Under the pieces are notes generated by a model, which worked only from the letters and a program-made list of their open reading frames with translations, made no database searches and was not told the origin of the DNA. A DNA stretch of 64,000 bases from an uncultured Actinomycetota bacterium (GTDB taxonomy: Bacteria; Actinomycetota; Actinomycetes; Mycobacteriales; SCTD01): the NCBI GenBank assembly GCA_963760125.1, contig CAVXBV010000001.1:19659-83658 (forward strand), written 5' to 3'. Every line of letters starts with the position of its first letter. Position 1 is the first letter of the stretch. This document shows positions 18,334 through 30,417 of the stretch, in pieces. The position numbers and the translations under genes were made by a program.

Positions 18334-19290
18334 GTGGTCGTACGCCGGGCTCTCGACGTCCCGGACCTCGTCGCGCGCGCCGAGGCCGGTGAGGCGCGGG
18401 CAGTGGCCCGACTCATCACCCTCGTCGAGGACGCCTCCCCGTCCCTGCGCGAGGTGATGGCCCTGCTCGCCCCCCGGGCGGGGCACGCCCGTGTCGTCGG
18501 GCTGACTGGCTCACCGGGGGTCGGGAAGTCCACGTCGACCAGCGCCCTCGTGGCGGCGTACCGGCGTCGAGGTCTGCGCGTCGGTGTGCTCGCCATCGAT
18601 CCCTCCTCGCCGTTCTCCGGTGGGGCGCTGCTCGGCGACCGGGTCCGCATGCAGGAGCACGCCACGGACGAGGGCGTGTTCATCCGCTCGATGGCGACGC
18701 GTGGGCACCTGGGTGGGTTGTCGTGGGCGACGCCCCAGGCGCTGCGCGTCCTGTCGGCCGCGGGGTTCGACGTCGTGCTCATCGAGACGGTGGGCGTCGG
18801 GCAGGCGGAGCTCGAGATCGCCTCGCTCGCCGACACGACCCTGGTCCTGCTGGCCCCCGGGATGGGCGATGGCATCCAGGCCGCCAAGGCCGGGATCCTG
18901 GAAGTGGCTGACGTGTTCGTCGTGAACAAGGCCGACCGCGACGGGGCGGACACGGTGGCGCGCGACCTGCGGTACATGCTCTCGCTCGGTGACCGGCGCA
19001 CCGACGACGGCTGGCGGGTGCCGATCGTCAAGACCGTTGCCTCGCGGGGGGAGGGCGCCGACGAGGTGATCGACGAGATCGGTCGGCACGGCGACTGGCT
19101 CGCCTCCTCCGGCCGGCTCGACGAGCGCCGGGTGCGGCGGGCGGCCGACGAGGTCGAGGCGATCGCACTGACCTCGCTGCGCGTGGATCTCCGTTCCGGC
19201 CCCGACCTGGTTGCCGTCGCGGCTCGGGTGGCGGCTGGGGAGCTCGATCCCTACACGGCCGCCGACGAGCTGGTGGCCGGCCGTGCCTGA
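18334..19290 (+). CDS. meaB: methylmalonyl-CoA mutase-associated GTPase MeaB/ArgK
   Basis: P-loop GLTGSPGVGKST, then IDPSSPFSGGALLGDRVRM, ETVGVGQ and NKAD. The GTG follows directly after the thiolase TAG. Confidence 0.85.
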   Translation: MVVRRALDVPDLVARAEAGEARAVARLITLVEDASPSLREVMALLAPRAGHARVVGLTGSPGVGKSTSTSALVAAYRRRGLRVGVLAIDPSSPFSGGALLGDRVRMQEHATDEGVFIRSMATRGHLGGLSWATPQALRVLSAAGFDVVLIETVGVGQAELEIASLADTTLVLLAPGMGDGIQAAKAGILEVADVFVVNKADRDGADTVARDLRYMLSLGDRRTDDGWRVPIVKTVASRGEGADEVIDEIGRHGDWLASSGRLDERRVRRAADEVEAIALTSLRVDLRSGPDLVAVAARVAAGELDPYTAADELVAGRA

Positions 19291-19720
19291 GACCCTGACC
19301 CGAAGGACCGCACCGGTGAATCCCCAGTCCCTTGACCTGCAGCCGCACCCCGAGGGCGGGTGGTACCGCGAGACCTGGCGTTCGCCCGAGACCGTAGACA
19401 CCTCGGCGGGGTCTCGCTCTGCCGGGACATCGATCCTCTATCTGCTCGAGCCCGGCCAGGCCTCCGCGTGGCACCGGGTCCGGTCCGCCGAGCTGTGGCT
19501 CTGGCAGGGCGGGGGTTCCCTGCTGCTCTCTCTCGGAGGTACGTCGGCCCAGCCGGCCCTCGACCGGACCGTCGAGCTCGGCCCGGAGGGAGTGCTCCAG
19601 CACCTCGTCCAGCCCGGTGAGTGGCAGGCGGCCACTCCGACCGGAGACCAGTCCGCGGTGTGCGGCTGCGTGGTCGTGCCCGGGTTCGACTTCGCCGACT
19701 TCGAGCTGGAGGTCCGGTGA
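19283..19720 (+). CDS. cupin domain protein (DUF985 family)
   Basis: LQPHPEGGWYRETWRS...GTSILYLLEPGQASAWHRVRSAELWLWQGG...VVPGFDFADFEL fits DUF985. GTG 19283 overlaps the meaB 3' end. Confidence 0.65.
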   Translation: MPETLTRRTAPVNPQSLDLQPHPEGGWYRETWRSPETVDTSAGSRSAGTSILYLLEPGQASAWHRVRSAELWLWQGGGSLLLSLGGTSAQPALDRTVELGPEGVLQHLVQPGEWQAATPTGDQSAVCGCVVVPGFDFADFELEVR

Positions 19721-20007
19721 GCAGCGTCGCGCACGGCGAGCGGTCCCTGGCGCTGCGGGCACTTCACCTGGTGGCTCTGGTCGAGACGACCTCCTTCGCC
19801 GTGCTGCTGGTCTGCTCGGTGCTCAAGCGGACGACGTCCTTCGACGCCGTCCCGGTGATGGGCCCGATCCACGGCGCCCTGTTCGTCGCCTTGGTGCTGC
19901 TCGTGCTGCAGACGCGGCCTCAGCTCGGTTGGAGCGGCCTGCGGACCTTGGTGGTCCTGACGATCGGTTCGCCGTTCGCCCACTTCTTCGTCCGCAAGGC
20001 GGTCTGA
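19717..20007 (+). CDS. DUF3817 small membrane protein
   Basis: The GTG overlaps the upstream stop (GTGA). VSSVAHGERSLALRALHLVALVETTSFAVLLVCSVLKR...MGPIHGALFVALVLLVL...GSPFAHFF has the typical DUF3817 three-TM pattern. Confidence 0.6.
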   Translation: MSSVAHGERSLALRALHLVALVETTSFAVLLVCSVLKRTTSFDAVPVMGPIHGALFVALVLLVLQTRPQLGWSGLRTLVVLTIGSPFAHFFVRKAV

Positions 20008-20028
20008 GCCCCGCGACGGGGCCGATCC

Positions 20029-20924
20029 TCACGTGACGGCGGCGGCGAGCTCGCTGAGGATCCTCGGCAGGAGCGAGATCGTGATGCTCAGGTGTCCGTG
20101 CTCGTCGAACAGGTGGCTCGACGCGCCGGGCACCTGTGCTGCCAGCCACTGCCCGTGGCTGAACGGCACCATGAGGTCCTGTGCTCCCTGCCAGATCGAG
20201 ACCGGCACAGCGACCTCAGCCAGGAAGAAGCCCCAGGGCTGGGTGAAGGCCAGGTCGTCGTCCAGCCACCCGTGGTGGCCGATCTCGACCGCCTTCCGGA
20301 AGGTCGCAGCGACGTGCTCCGCGGCGACCCCGCTGAGAGCCGCTCGATCCACGTCGGGTACCAGTCCGCCCAGGGAGTCCGCGACGCCGGCTCCCGTCAC
20401 GGAGCGCATCTCGGCAGCCCACGTCATGACCCCCGGCTCGACGACGGCACGACCCGCGAGCGCCTGGGTGAACTCGACGACGTTCTCCTCGCCCATGCCG
20501 GCGAGGAAGTCCAGCCCCTGCGCGTCGTAGGGCGCGACCCCGGCGACGCTGGCCACGGCGCGACAGCGACCGGGGAGCAGCGCGCCGCAGGCGAGGGCGT
20601 GCGGTCCACCACCGGACACGCCGTAGGTGACGAAGTCCCCTAGCCCCAAGGCATCGAGGACCACTGCCGTGTCTGCCGCAGCATCAGCGACGGTCCGGCC
20701 GGGTGCGGGGGTGCTGGCGCCGTACCCGGGTCGGCCGTAGGTGATCCAACGCAGACCTGCCTCGCGGGCAGCAGCGATGGCTGCGTCGTCGCTGACCGGC
20801 CCGGTGGGCGTGCCCCCGTGATAGACGACCGGGAGGCCCGGGCCCTTACTGTCGACGACCTCGAGCACACGACCGTCGGGAGCAGTGACCATCATGGGCA
20901 GAACCTGCCACATCTGCGCCCTAC

Positions 20925-20928
<4 letters not shown>
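20029..20928 (-). CDS. alpha/beta hydrolase
   Basis: LPVVYHGGTP...FVTYGVSGGGPHALA (GxSxG nucleophile) ...FDEHGHLS. The GTG start overlaps the moaA stop (GTGA). Confidence 0.7.
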
Positions 20929-21914
<986 letters not shown>

Positions 21915-22032
21915 CTGCTCAGGGTAGGCCCGCGCAGAAGATCTTGAGCGATGTGCGCGAGGTCACAGAACTCGGTCCGTTGACAGGGGTGACTGGCCAG
22001 ACCGGCCAGCACCTGACACGGAGGTAACCCCC

Positions 22033-22173
22033 TTGAAGCGTGTTCTCGCTGTCGCCGCCCTGCTCCTCGGTACTGCTGCTGCGGTTGCTGTCCCGGCCTC
22101 CGCCGAGACGGCCTGCCTGACCGTGCACGTGCAGGTCAACGACACCGTGGTGGACCAGGCGCCCTGCGTCTGA
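22033..22173 (+). CDS. small secreted peptide (46-aa precursor, ~22-aa two-Cys mature part)
   Basis: Not in the track because it is under 60 aa. TTG 22033 lies 7-8 nt after GGAGG: LKRVLAVAALLLGTAAAVAVPASA|ETACLTVHVQVNDTVVDQAPCV*. It has a classic Sec signal (KR, hydrophobic core, ASA cleavage motif). An 11-bp perfect hairpin begins 13 nt after the stop. Confidence 0.5.
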   Translation: MKRVLAVAALLLGTAAAVAVPASAETACLTVHVQVNDTVVDQAPCV

Positions 22174-22185
22174 GCCAGCCCGTAC

Positions 22186-22218
22186 GGAGCCGCCGGTGAC
22201 CTCGGTCCCGGCGGCTCC
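22186..22218 (+). terminator. stem-loop downstream of the small secreted-peptide ORF
   Basis: GGAGCCGCCGG-tgacctcggtc-CCGGCGGCTCC is an 11-bp perfect stem, followed by the T-containing GTCGTCTGTC. There is no clean U-tract. Confidence 0.45.
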
Positions 22219-22244
22219 GTCGTCTGTCGGCGATACTTGAGCCC

Positions 22245-23156
22245 ATGCAGCGACGTCCCACTGACCTGAACATCGCCGGCGCCGTGGACCTGTCCCGGCT
22301 GGCCAAGCCCGCCGCAGGGGCTCCCGGCGCGCCGGTGGCCAGCACCAGCCCGTACGTGCTGGACGTGACGCAGGAGGAGTTCGAGGAGAAGGTCCTCCGC
22401 GCCTCGCTGCAGGTGCCGGTCCTCGTCGACTTCTGGGCCGAGTGGTGTGGGCCGTGCAAGCAGCTCAGCCCGATCCTCGAGAGGTTGGCCGACGAGGCCG
22501 CCGGCGCGTGGATCCTGGCCAAGGTCGATGTCGATGCCAACCAGGAGCTGTCGACGCAGCTGCAGATCCAGAGCATCCCCGCGGTGTTCCTCGCGCTGGG
22601 TGGTCGCCTCGTTCCGGGGTTCCAGGGCGCGCTGCCGGAGGCGCAGCTCCGCGACTTCCTGACCCAGGTCATGGCCGCCGCCCAGCAGGCCGGGCTGCCC
22701 GGCCCCGGCGGCGACCCCGAGGAGGCGCCGGCGCTCCCGCCCGTCGACCCGGAGCTGCTCGCGGCCGAGGACGCCCTCGCCGCCGAGGACTACGCCGCGG
22801 CACTGGGGGCGTACGACGCCCTGCTGGCCCGCAAGCCCGGTGACGCCGAGGCGACCCTCGGGAAGGCCTGGGCCTCGCTCCTGCAGCGCGCCGTCCACCT
22901 CGACCCGGCGACGACGCTGGCCGCTGCCGCAGCAGCCCCGGACGACGTCGACGCGCAGACCGCCGCGGCGGACGTGGAGGTCCTGACCGAGCAGATCCAG
23001 CCCGCGATCGACCGCCTCATCGGCTTCGTGCGACGGTCGGCCGGCGAGGACCGCGACCGGGCGCGGGTTCACCTGCTCGAGCTGTTCAGCGTCCTTGACC
23101 CGGAGGACGAGCGGATCGTCACCGGGCGCCGATCCCTGTCGAACGCCCTCTACTGA
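22245..23156 (+). CDS. thioredoxin-domain + TPR-like co-chaperone (YbbN/CnoX-like)
   Basis: [21 protein letters not shown] carries the WCGPC motif. It is followed by a helical Ala/Leu-rich TPR-like C-terminal half. Confidence 0.8.
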   Translation: MQRRPTDLNIAGAVDLSRLAKPAAGAPGAPVASTSPYVLDVTQEEFEEKVLRASLQVPVLVDFWAEWCGPCKQLSPILERLADEAAGAWILAKVDVDANQELSTQLQIQSIPAVFLALGGRLVPGFQGALPEAQLRDFLTQVMAAAQQAGLPGPGGDPEEAPALPPVDPELLAAEDALAAEDYAAALGAYDALLARKPGDAEATLGKAWASLLQRAVHLDPATTLAAAAAAPDDVDAQTAAADVEVLTEQIQPAIDRLIGFVRRSAGEDRDRARVHLLELFSVLDPEDERIVTGRRSLSNALY

Positions 23157-25357
23157 CCTAAGGCGCGCGGCCCGGGGGAGTGCAGCCAGACGCTCCCGAG
23201 CGGGGGGACCCGCAGGGAGGTGGAGGCCGGCTGGCCGTGCCAGCTCTGCGACCCGGCGGTCACCGCGCCCAGGTTCCCCACGCCGCTGCCGGCGTAGGCC
23301 TCCGCATCGGTGTTGAGGACCTCGGCCCACTCGCCTTCCCAGGGCAGCCCGAGGTGGTAGTCCTCGTGCGGCGTCCCGGCGAAGTTCGTGACGCAGGCGA
23401 GCGCTGACCCGTCGCTGCCGAAGCGCAAGAACGAGAAGACGTTGCCGGTGGCGTCGTTGGCGTCGATCCAGGCGAAGCCGGCCGGGTCGGTGTCGAGCGT
23501 CCACAGCGCAGGGGTGCTGGTGTAGATCGCGTTGAGGTCCTTCACCAGAAGGGCGACACCCCGGTGGTCGGGGAGGTCCATGAGCCACCAGTCGAGGGAG
23601 CGGGACTCGCTCCACTCCGACTCCTGCGCGAACTCCGAACCCATGAACAGCAGCTGCTTGCCCGGGTGAGCCCACATGAAGGCCAGGTAGGCGCGGACCC
23701 CGGCGAGCTGCTGCCAGCGATCACCCGGCATCTTGCGCAGCAGCGAGCCCTTGCCGTGCACGACCTCGTCGTGGCTGATCGGCAGCAGGTAGTTCTCGGA
23801 GTAGGCGTAGACCATCGAGAAGGTCATCTGGTGGTGGTGGTAGCCCCGGTAGACGGGCTCGTGCTCGACGTAGTCGAGCGAGTCGTGCATCCAGCCCATG
23901 TTCCACTTGAAGCCGAAGCCCAGACCGCCCAGGTGCGTGGGCCGGGTGACGCCGGGCCACGAGGTGGACTCCTCGGCGATCGTCATCGCGGACGGGACGC
24001 GCCGGTAGACGACGGAGTTCATCTCCTGCAGGAACGTCACGGCCTCGAGGTTCTCGCGACCGCCGTACTCGTTGGGCAGCCACTCGCCCTCCTCGCGGGA
24101 GTAGTCGAGGTAGAGCATCGAGGCGACCGCGTCGACGCGCAGCCCGTCGATGTGGAACTCCTCGAGCCAGTAGACCGCGTTGGCGACGAGGAAGTTGCGG
24201 ACCTCGTTGCGTCCGAAGTCGAAGACGTAGGTGCCCCAGTCCATCTGCTCGCCGCGACGCGGGTCTGCGTGCTCGTACAACGGCGTGCCGTCGAAGCGGC
24301 CGAGGGAGAACTCGTCCTTGGGGAAGTGGGCGGGGACCCAGTCGACCAGCACACCGATGCCGGCCTGGTGGAGCCGGTCGACGAGGAAGCGGAACTCGTC
24401 GGGGGTGCCGAAGCGCGAGGTCGGCGCGTAGTAGGACGAGACCTGGTAGCCCCAGGAGCCGCCGAACGGATGCTCGCTGACCGGCAGCAGCTCGACGTGG
24501 GTGTAGCCCAACCAGGAGACGTACTCCACCAGCTCGTCGGCCAGCTCGACGTACGACAGCCCCTCGCGCCATGAGCCGAGGTGGACCTCGTAGACGCTCA
24601 TCGGTGCCGCGTGGGCGGGCGTGGCCGCACGACGGGCCAGCCACGCGTCGTCCTGCCAGACGTAGTCCGATGCGGCCACGACCGACGCGGTCAACGGAGG
24701 CACCTCTGCCTGCCGGGCCATCGGGTCCGCCTTGTCGCGCCAGACCGAGTCCGCGCCGAGGACCCGGAGCTTGTAGCGCGTGCCCGGACCGAGGTCAGGG
24801 ACGAACAGCTCCCAGACCCCGCTGGACCCGAGGGAGCGCATCGGGTGGGAGGAGCCGTCCCAGCCGTTGAAGTCGCCGATCACACGGACGCCGCGGGCAT
24901 TGGGGGCCCATACCGCGAACGAGACACCGGTGACGTCGCCGTAGTCGCGGACGTGCGCGCCGAGCACCTGCCAGAGGTACTCGTGTCGGCCTTCGCCGAT
25001 CAGGTGCAGGTCGACCTCGCCGAGGGTCGGGAGGTAGCGGTACGGGTCGTCGGTCGGGTAGCTCGTCCCGCCGTACGTCACGTCCAGTCGGTAGTCGCGG
25101 ACGTCACCGGTCAGCTCGGCCTCCCACACCCCGAAGGAGCGGTGCGTCAGGGGAAAGCGCTCACCGTCGACGACCGCGACGACCTGCTCAGCACCTGGCC
25201 GCAGGGAACGGACGACCACGCCCTTGCCCTGCGGGTGCATGCCCAGCAGCCCGTGGGGATCGTGATGGGCGCCGCCCGCCAGCCGCTCGAGCTCCTCCTC
25301 GGAGGGACCGGACGCCTTCGCGGTCGGCGTGACAGGGGGGGACTTCTGCTTGCTCAT
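23150..25357 (-). CDS. glgB: 1,4-alpha-glucan branching enzyme
   Basis: GH13 branching-enzyme blocks are present: [43 protein letters not shown] and [11 protein letters not shown]. The ATG at 25357 overlaps the pep2 stop (ATGA), so I prefer it to track start 25408. Confidence 0.9.
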   Translation of the reverse strand: MSKQKSPPVTPTAKASGPSEEELERLAGGAHHDPHGLLGMHPQGKGVVVRSLRPGAEQVVAVVDGERFPLTHRSFGVWEAELTGDVRDYRLDVTYGGTSYPTDDPYRYLPTLGEVDLHLIGEGRHEYLWQVLGAHVRDYGDVTGVSFAVWAPNARGVRVIGDFNGWDGSSHPMRSLGSSGVWELFVPDLGPGTRYKLRVLGADSVWRDKADPMARQAEVPPLTASVVAASDYVWQDDAWLARRAATPAHAAPMSVYEVHLGSWREGLSYVELADELVEYVSWLGYTHVELLPVSEHPFGGSWGYQVSSYYAPTSRFGTPDEFRFLVDRLHQAGIGVLVDWVPAHFPKDEFSLGRFDGTPLYEHADPRRGEQMDWGTYVFDFGRNEVRNFLVANAVYWLEEFHIDGLRVDAVASMLYLDYSREEGEWLPNEYGGRENLEAVTFLQEMNSVVYRRVPSAMTIAEESTSWPGVTRPTHLGGLGFGFKWNMGWMHDSLDYVEHEPVYRGYHHHQMTFSMVYAYSENYLLPISHDEVVHGKGSLLRKMPGDRWQQLAGVRAYLAFMWAHPGKQLLFMGSEFAQESEWSESRSLDWWLMDLPDHRGVALLVKDLNAIYTSTPALWTLDTDPAGFAWIDANDATGNVFSFLRFGSDGSALACVTNFAGTPHEDYHLGLPWEGEWAEVLNTDAEAYAGSGVGNLGAVTAGSQSWHGQPASTSLRVPPLGSVWLHSPGPRALGQ

Positions 25358-26687
25358 GCACTGCCTCCCAGCAGACGGGCGATCGATGCCAGCGGCACCG
25401 GCAGCCACGTCGGTCGGTTGCGGGCCTCGTACACCACTTCGTACACGGCCTTGTCCAGCTCGAAGGCCTTCAGCAAGGTGGTCTGGTCTCGGGGGTCGGC
25501 CCCGACGGCGCGGCCGTAGCCGTCGCAGAACGCGGAACGGTTACGGTCGGCCCACTCGTTGGCGCGGTAGGCCAGCTGCGGGCTGCTCTCCTGCACGGCA
25601 AGCAGGTGGTGCGCGGCGTAGTCGAACGACCGCAGCATGCCGGCGACGTCGCGCAGCGGGCTCATCAGCGCTCGGCGTTCCGCCAGCGAGCGGGCCGGCT
25701 CGCCCTCGAAGTCGAGCAGGATCCACCCGTCCTGCGTCCGCAGCACCTGACCGAGGTGCAGATCCCCGTGCACGCGCTGCACGGGCACCGGCGTGGTCAG
25801 GGTCGCGACGTCGGCGTAGGCGGCCCGGATCCCCTCGGCGTGCTCGGTGAGCTCGGGGGCGACGAGCAGCGCGGTGTCGAGGCGCTCGAGCAGCTGGATC
25901 GAGGTCTGCTGCGACTCCTCGGGTCCGGCGACAGCAGAGGCGAGCGCCTCCCGCATGAGCAGGTGCACCTCCCCGGTCGTCTGGCCGAGACGCTCGGACT
26001 CGCTGGCGAAGTCGCCGCCGACCTCGCTGGCGTGGAGGTCCTGCTCCGCCAGCAGGTCGCGGACCGAGGCCGTGGCCATCGCCCAGCCCTCACTGGCTCC
26101 CCGCAAGAAGGGTTGGAGCAGCCCGAGAGTGGTCGTCTCCCCCTCGACGACCGCGTCTATCCAGGCGAGCGGTGGTGCCACGTGGGGACTGCCGGCGTCG
26201 GCGAGCGCCTTGGTGATCTCGATGTCGGGGTTCGCACCGGGCTGCAACCGACGGAAGAGCTTGAGGATGAGCGTCTCGCCGTAGACGATCGACGTGTTGC
26301 TCTGCTCCGCCGTCATCAGACGACCGGGCAGGGACGCGTCCAGGTCCGCTTCCCGGTGGAAGCGCACGTTGCCGACCTCGTCACCGAGGGCCAGGTGGTC
26401 GAGCAGCAGACCGGTGGCGACCGGATCGTGCGTGGCGTCGTACAGCAACCCGCCGGGCAGGGCGCCGATGACGGCGTACTCCAGGCGCTCCTCGACCTCC
26501 GTCGTCTCGCCGAGCAGCAACTGGTAGTCCTCGGTCCCGCCGTCGGCATACTCCACGTGGACGATCGACAGGCGCACCGCCGGACCGGTGCCCTGCAGGA
26601 CGGACGTCGACTGCTCGTCGACGGCGCTGATCTCCCGGCCCTTGCCGCCGAACCACCGCTGCTCCGGCAGCCACGTCGCGAGCGGGC

Positions 26688-26691
<4 letters not shown>
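25354..26691 (-). CDS. pep2: maltokinase (maltose 1-phosphate-forming)
   Basis: [11 protein letters not shown]...[30 protein letters not shown]...[12 protein letters not shown]...LLDFEGEP...[13 protein letters not shown] is a typical Pep2/Mak. The GTG start overlaps the treS stop (GTGA). The N-terminal 148 aa of the track ORF are an off-gene extension. Confidence 0.85.
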
Positions 26692-28366
<1,675 letters not shown>

Positions 28367-28367
<1 letters not shown>

Positions 28368-30334
28368 TAGCCCACCTGTCCTTGGTTCACGGGGTGTGCC
28401 CGGCGCACGGTGAGCAGGTGCGCGGGTTCGTCGAAGGGGTCCAGGCGCACGTAGTTGGCCTGACCCCACGTCCACTCGTTGCCGGTGATCTCGTCCCGGA
28501 CCAGGACCTGGTCGTCCCACTCGACGCCGAGGGCGGGGAGGTCCAGGCGGACCGTGGCTTCGCGGGCGCCGTGCGGGTCCAGGTTCACGACGACGAGCAC
28601 GATGTCATCGCCCGTGCGCTTGCTCCAGGCGAGGACGGCATCGCTGTCGGTCTCGTGGAAGGTCACGTTGGTCAACCAGTGGAGCGCCGGGTGCGCGCGT
28701 CGCCAGCGGTTCAGCATCGTGAGGTACGGCGCCAGTGACGGCTGGCTCCAGTCGCGCGGACGGAGCTGGTACTTCTCCGAGTCGGCGTACTCCTCGCTCC
28801 CGGGTTTGACCGCCACGTGCTCGTACAGCTCGTAGCCGGCGTACACGCCCCAGGACGGGGAGAGCAACGAGGCGAGCACCGCACGCACCTTGAACATCGG
28901 CGGACCGCCGTACTGCAGGGAGCCGTGCAGGATGTCCGGGGTGTTCACGAAGAAGTTCGGACGCATGTATGGCGCCGACTCGACCAGCTCCTCGACGTAC
29001 TCCTGCAGCTCGCCCTTCTCGGTGCGCCAGGTGAAGTACGTGTAGGACTGCGTGAACCCGATGCGCCCGAGCTCGTGCATCATCGCGGGTCGGGTGAACG
29101 CCTCCGCGAGGAACAGCACGTCCGGGTGGTCCTTCTTGACCGTGGCGATCAGCCACTCCCAGAAGTCCAGCGGCTTGGTGTGCGGGTTGTCGACGCGGAA
29201 GATCTTGACGTCGTGCGCGACCCAGTGCAGGACGACGCGGAGCACCTCGGCGTAGAGGCCCTCCTTGTCGTTGTCGAAGTTCATCGGGTAGATGTCTTGG
29301 TACTTCTTCGGCGGGTTCTCGGCGTAGGCGATCGTGCCGTCGGCGCGCGTCGTGAACCACTCGGGGTGCTCCTTGGCCCACGGGTGGTCCGGGGCGCACT
29401 GCAGGGCGAGGTCGAGAGCGACCTCCATGCCCAGCTCACGGGTCCGCGCGACGAACGCGTCGAAGTCCTCGATCGTGCCGAGGTCAGGGTGCACCGCGTC
29501 GTGCCCACCCTCGTCGGAGCCGATGGCCCACGGTGACCCGGGGTCGTTGGGGGAGATGTCCTCGGGCTTGCCGCCGGGGAACTCCGGGCTGTTCGGACCC
29601 TTGCGGTTGACCTTGCCGATCGGGTGGATCGGCGGCAGGTAGACGACGTCGAAGCCCATCTCGGCCACGGCCGGCAGGCGCTCCATCGCCGTGCGGAAGG
29701 TCCCGGAGGTCGTCCCCACCGCGCCCTCGCTGCGGGGGAAGAACTCGTACCAGGCGCCGTAGAGGGCCCTCGGCCGGTCGACCCAGATCTCGCGCCGGGG
29801 GGAGGCGGTGACCAGGTCGCGCAGGGGATGGGCGGTCAGCACGGCGACCACGTCGGGAGCCATCGCTGCCGCGAGGCGCTCCTGCGGATCCCGTGTCGGG
29901 TCGCGCAGGACAGCGGCCTGGCTGAGGACCAGGTCACGAGAGGCCTTGGGCACGCCGGCAGCAGCGCGTTCGTGCAGCAGCGCGCCCTCCTCGAGCATGA
30001 CCTCGACGTCCACGCCGGCGTCCACCTTGATCGGCGCGTCGTGCCACCAGGTGCCCAGCGGGTCGCTCCACCCCTCGACGACGAAGGACCACAGGCCCTC
30101 GCTGTCGGGCGTGAAGAACGCGTCCCAGGTGTCGTCGGGGCCGGGTTCCATCCGCAGGAACGGCGCGCGTCCACCGCCCGGTCGCTTGACCACGACGTTG
30201 GCAGCGACGGCGTCGTGCCCCTCGCGAAACACTGTTGCCTTGACGTTGATCTCTTCCCCGCTCACGGCGCCGGCGGGATGACTCCCACACGACACACTCG
30301 GGCTGACGTTCGTGATCACGATGCGTCCCACCAC
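28367..30334 (-). CDS. glgE: alpha-1,4-glucan:maltose-1-phosphate maltosyltransferase
   Basis: [24 protein letters not shown]...YEFFPRSEG...[18 protein letters not shown]...[10 protein letters not shown]...FLAEAFTRP. The GlgE domain order and motifs are present. Confidence 0.9.
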
Positions 30335-30417
30335 GAGTCGACCGTACCCATGTCCCCACGGGCCAAGCCCCTGAGCCGGGGTTTGAGGCCGGACCCCGGG
30401 TGGCTAAGGTCAGCGGG

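Noticed and set aside
21915-22032. Moco riboswitch upstream of moaA
   Set aside because: The minus-strand leader is short, and I could not see the conserved Moco-motif elements. The region is better explained as the promoter/RBS region of the divergent small-peptide gene.
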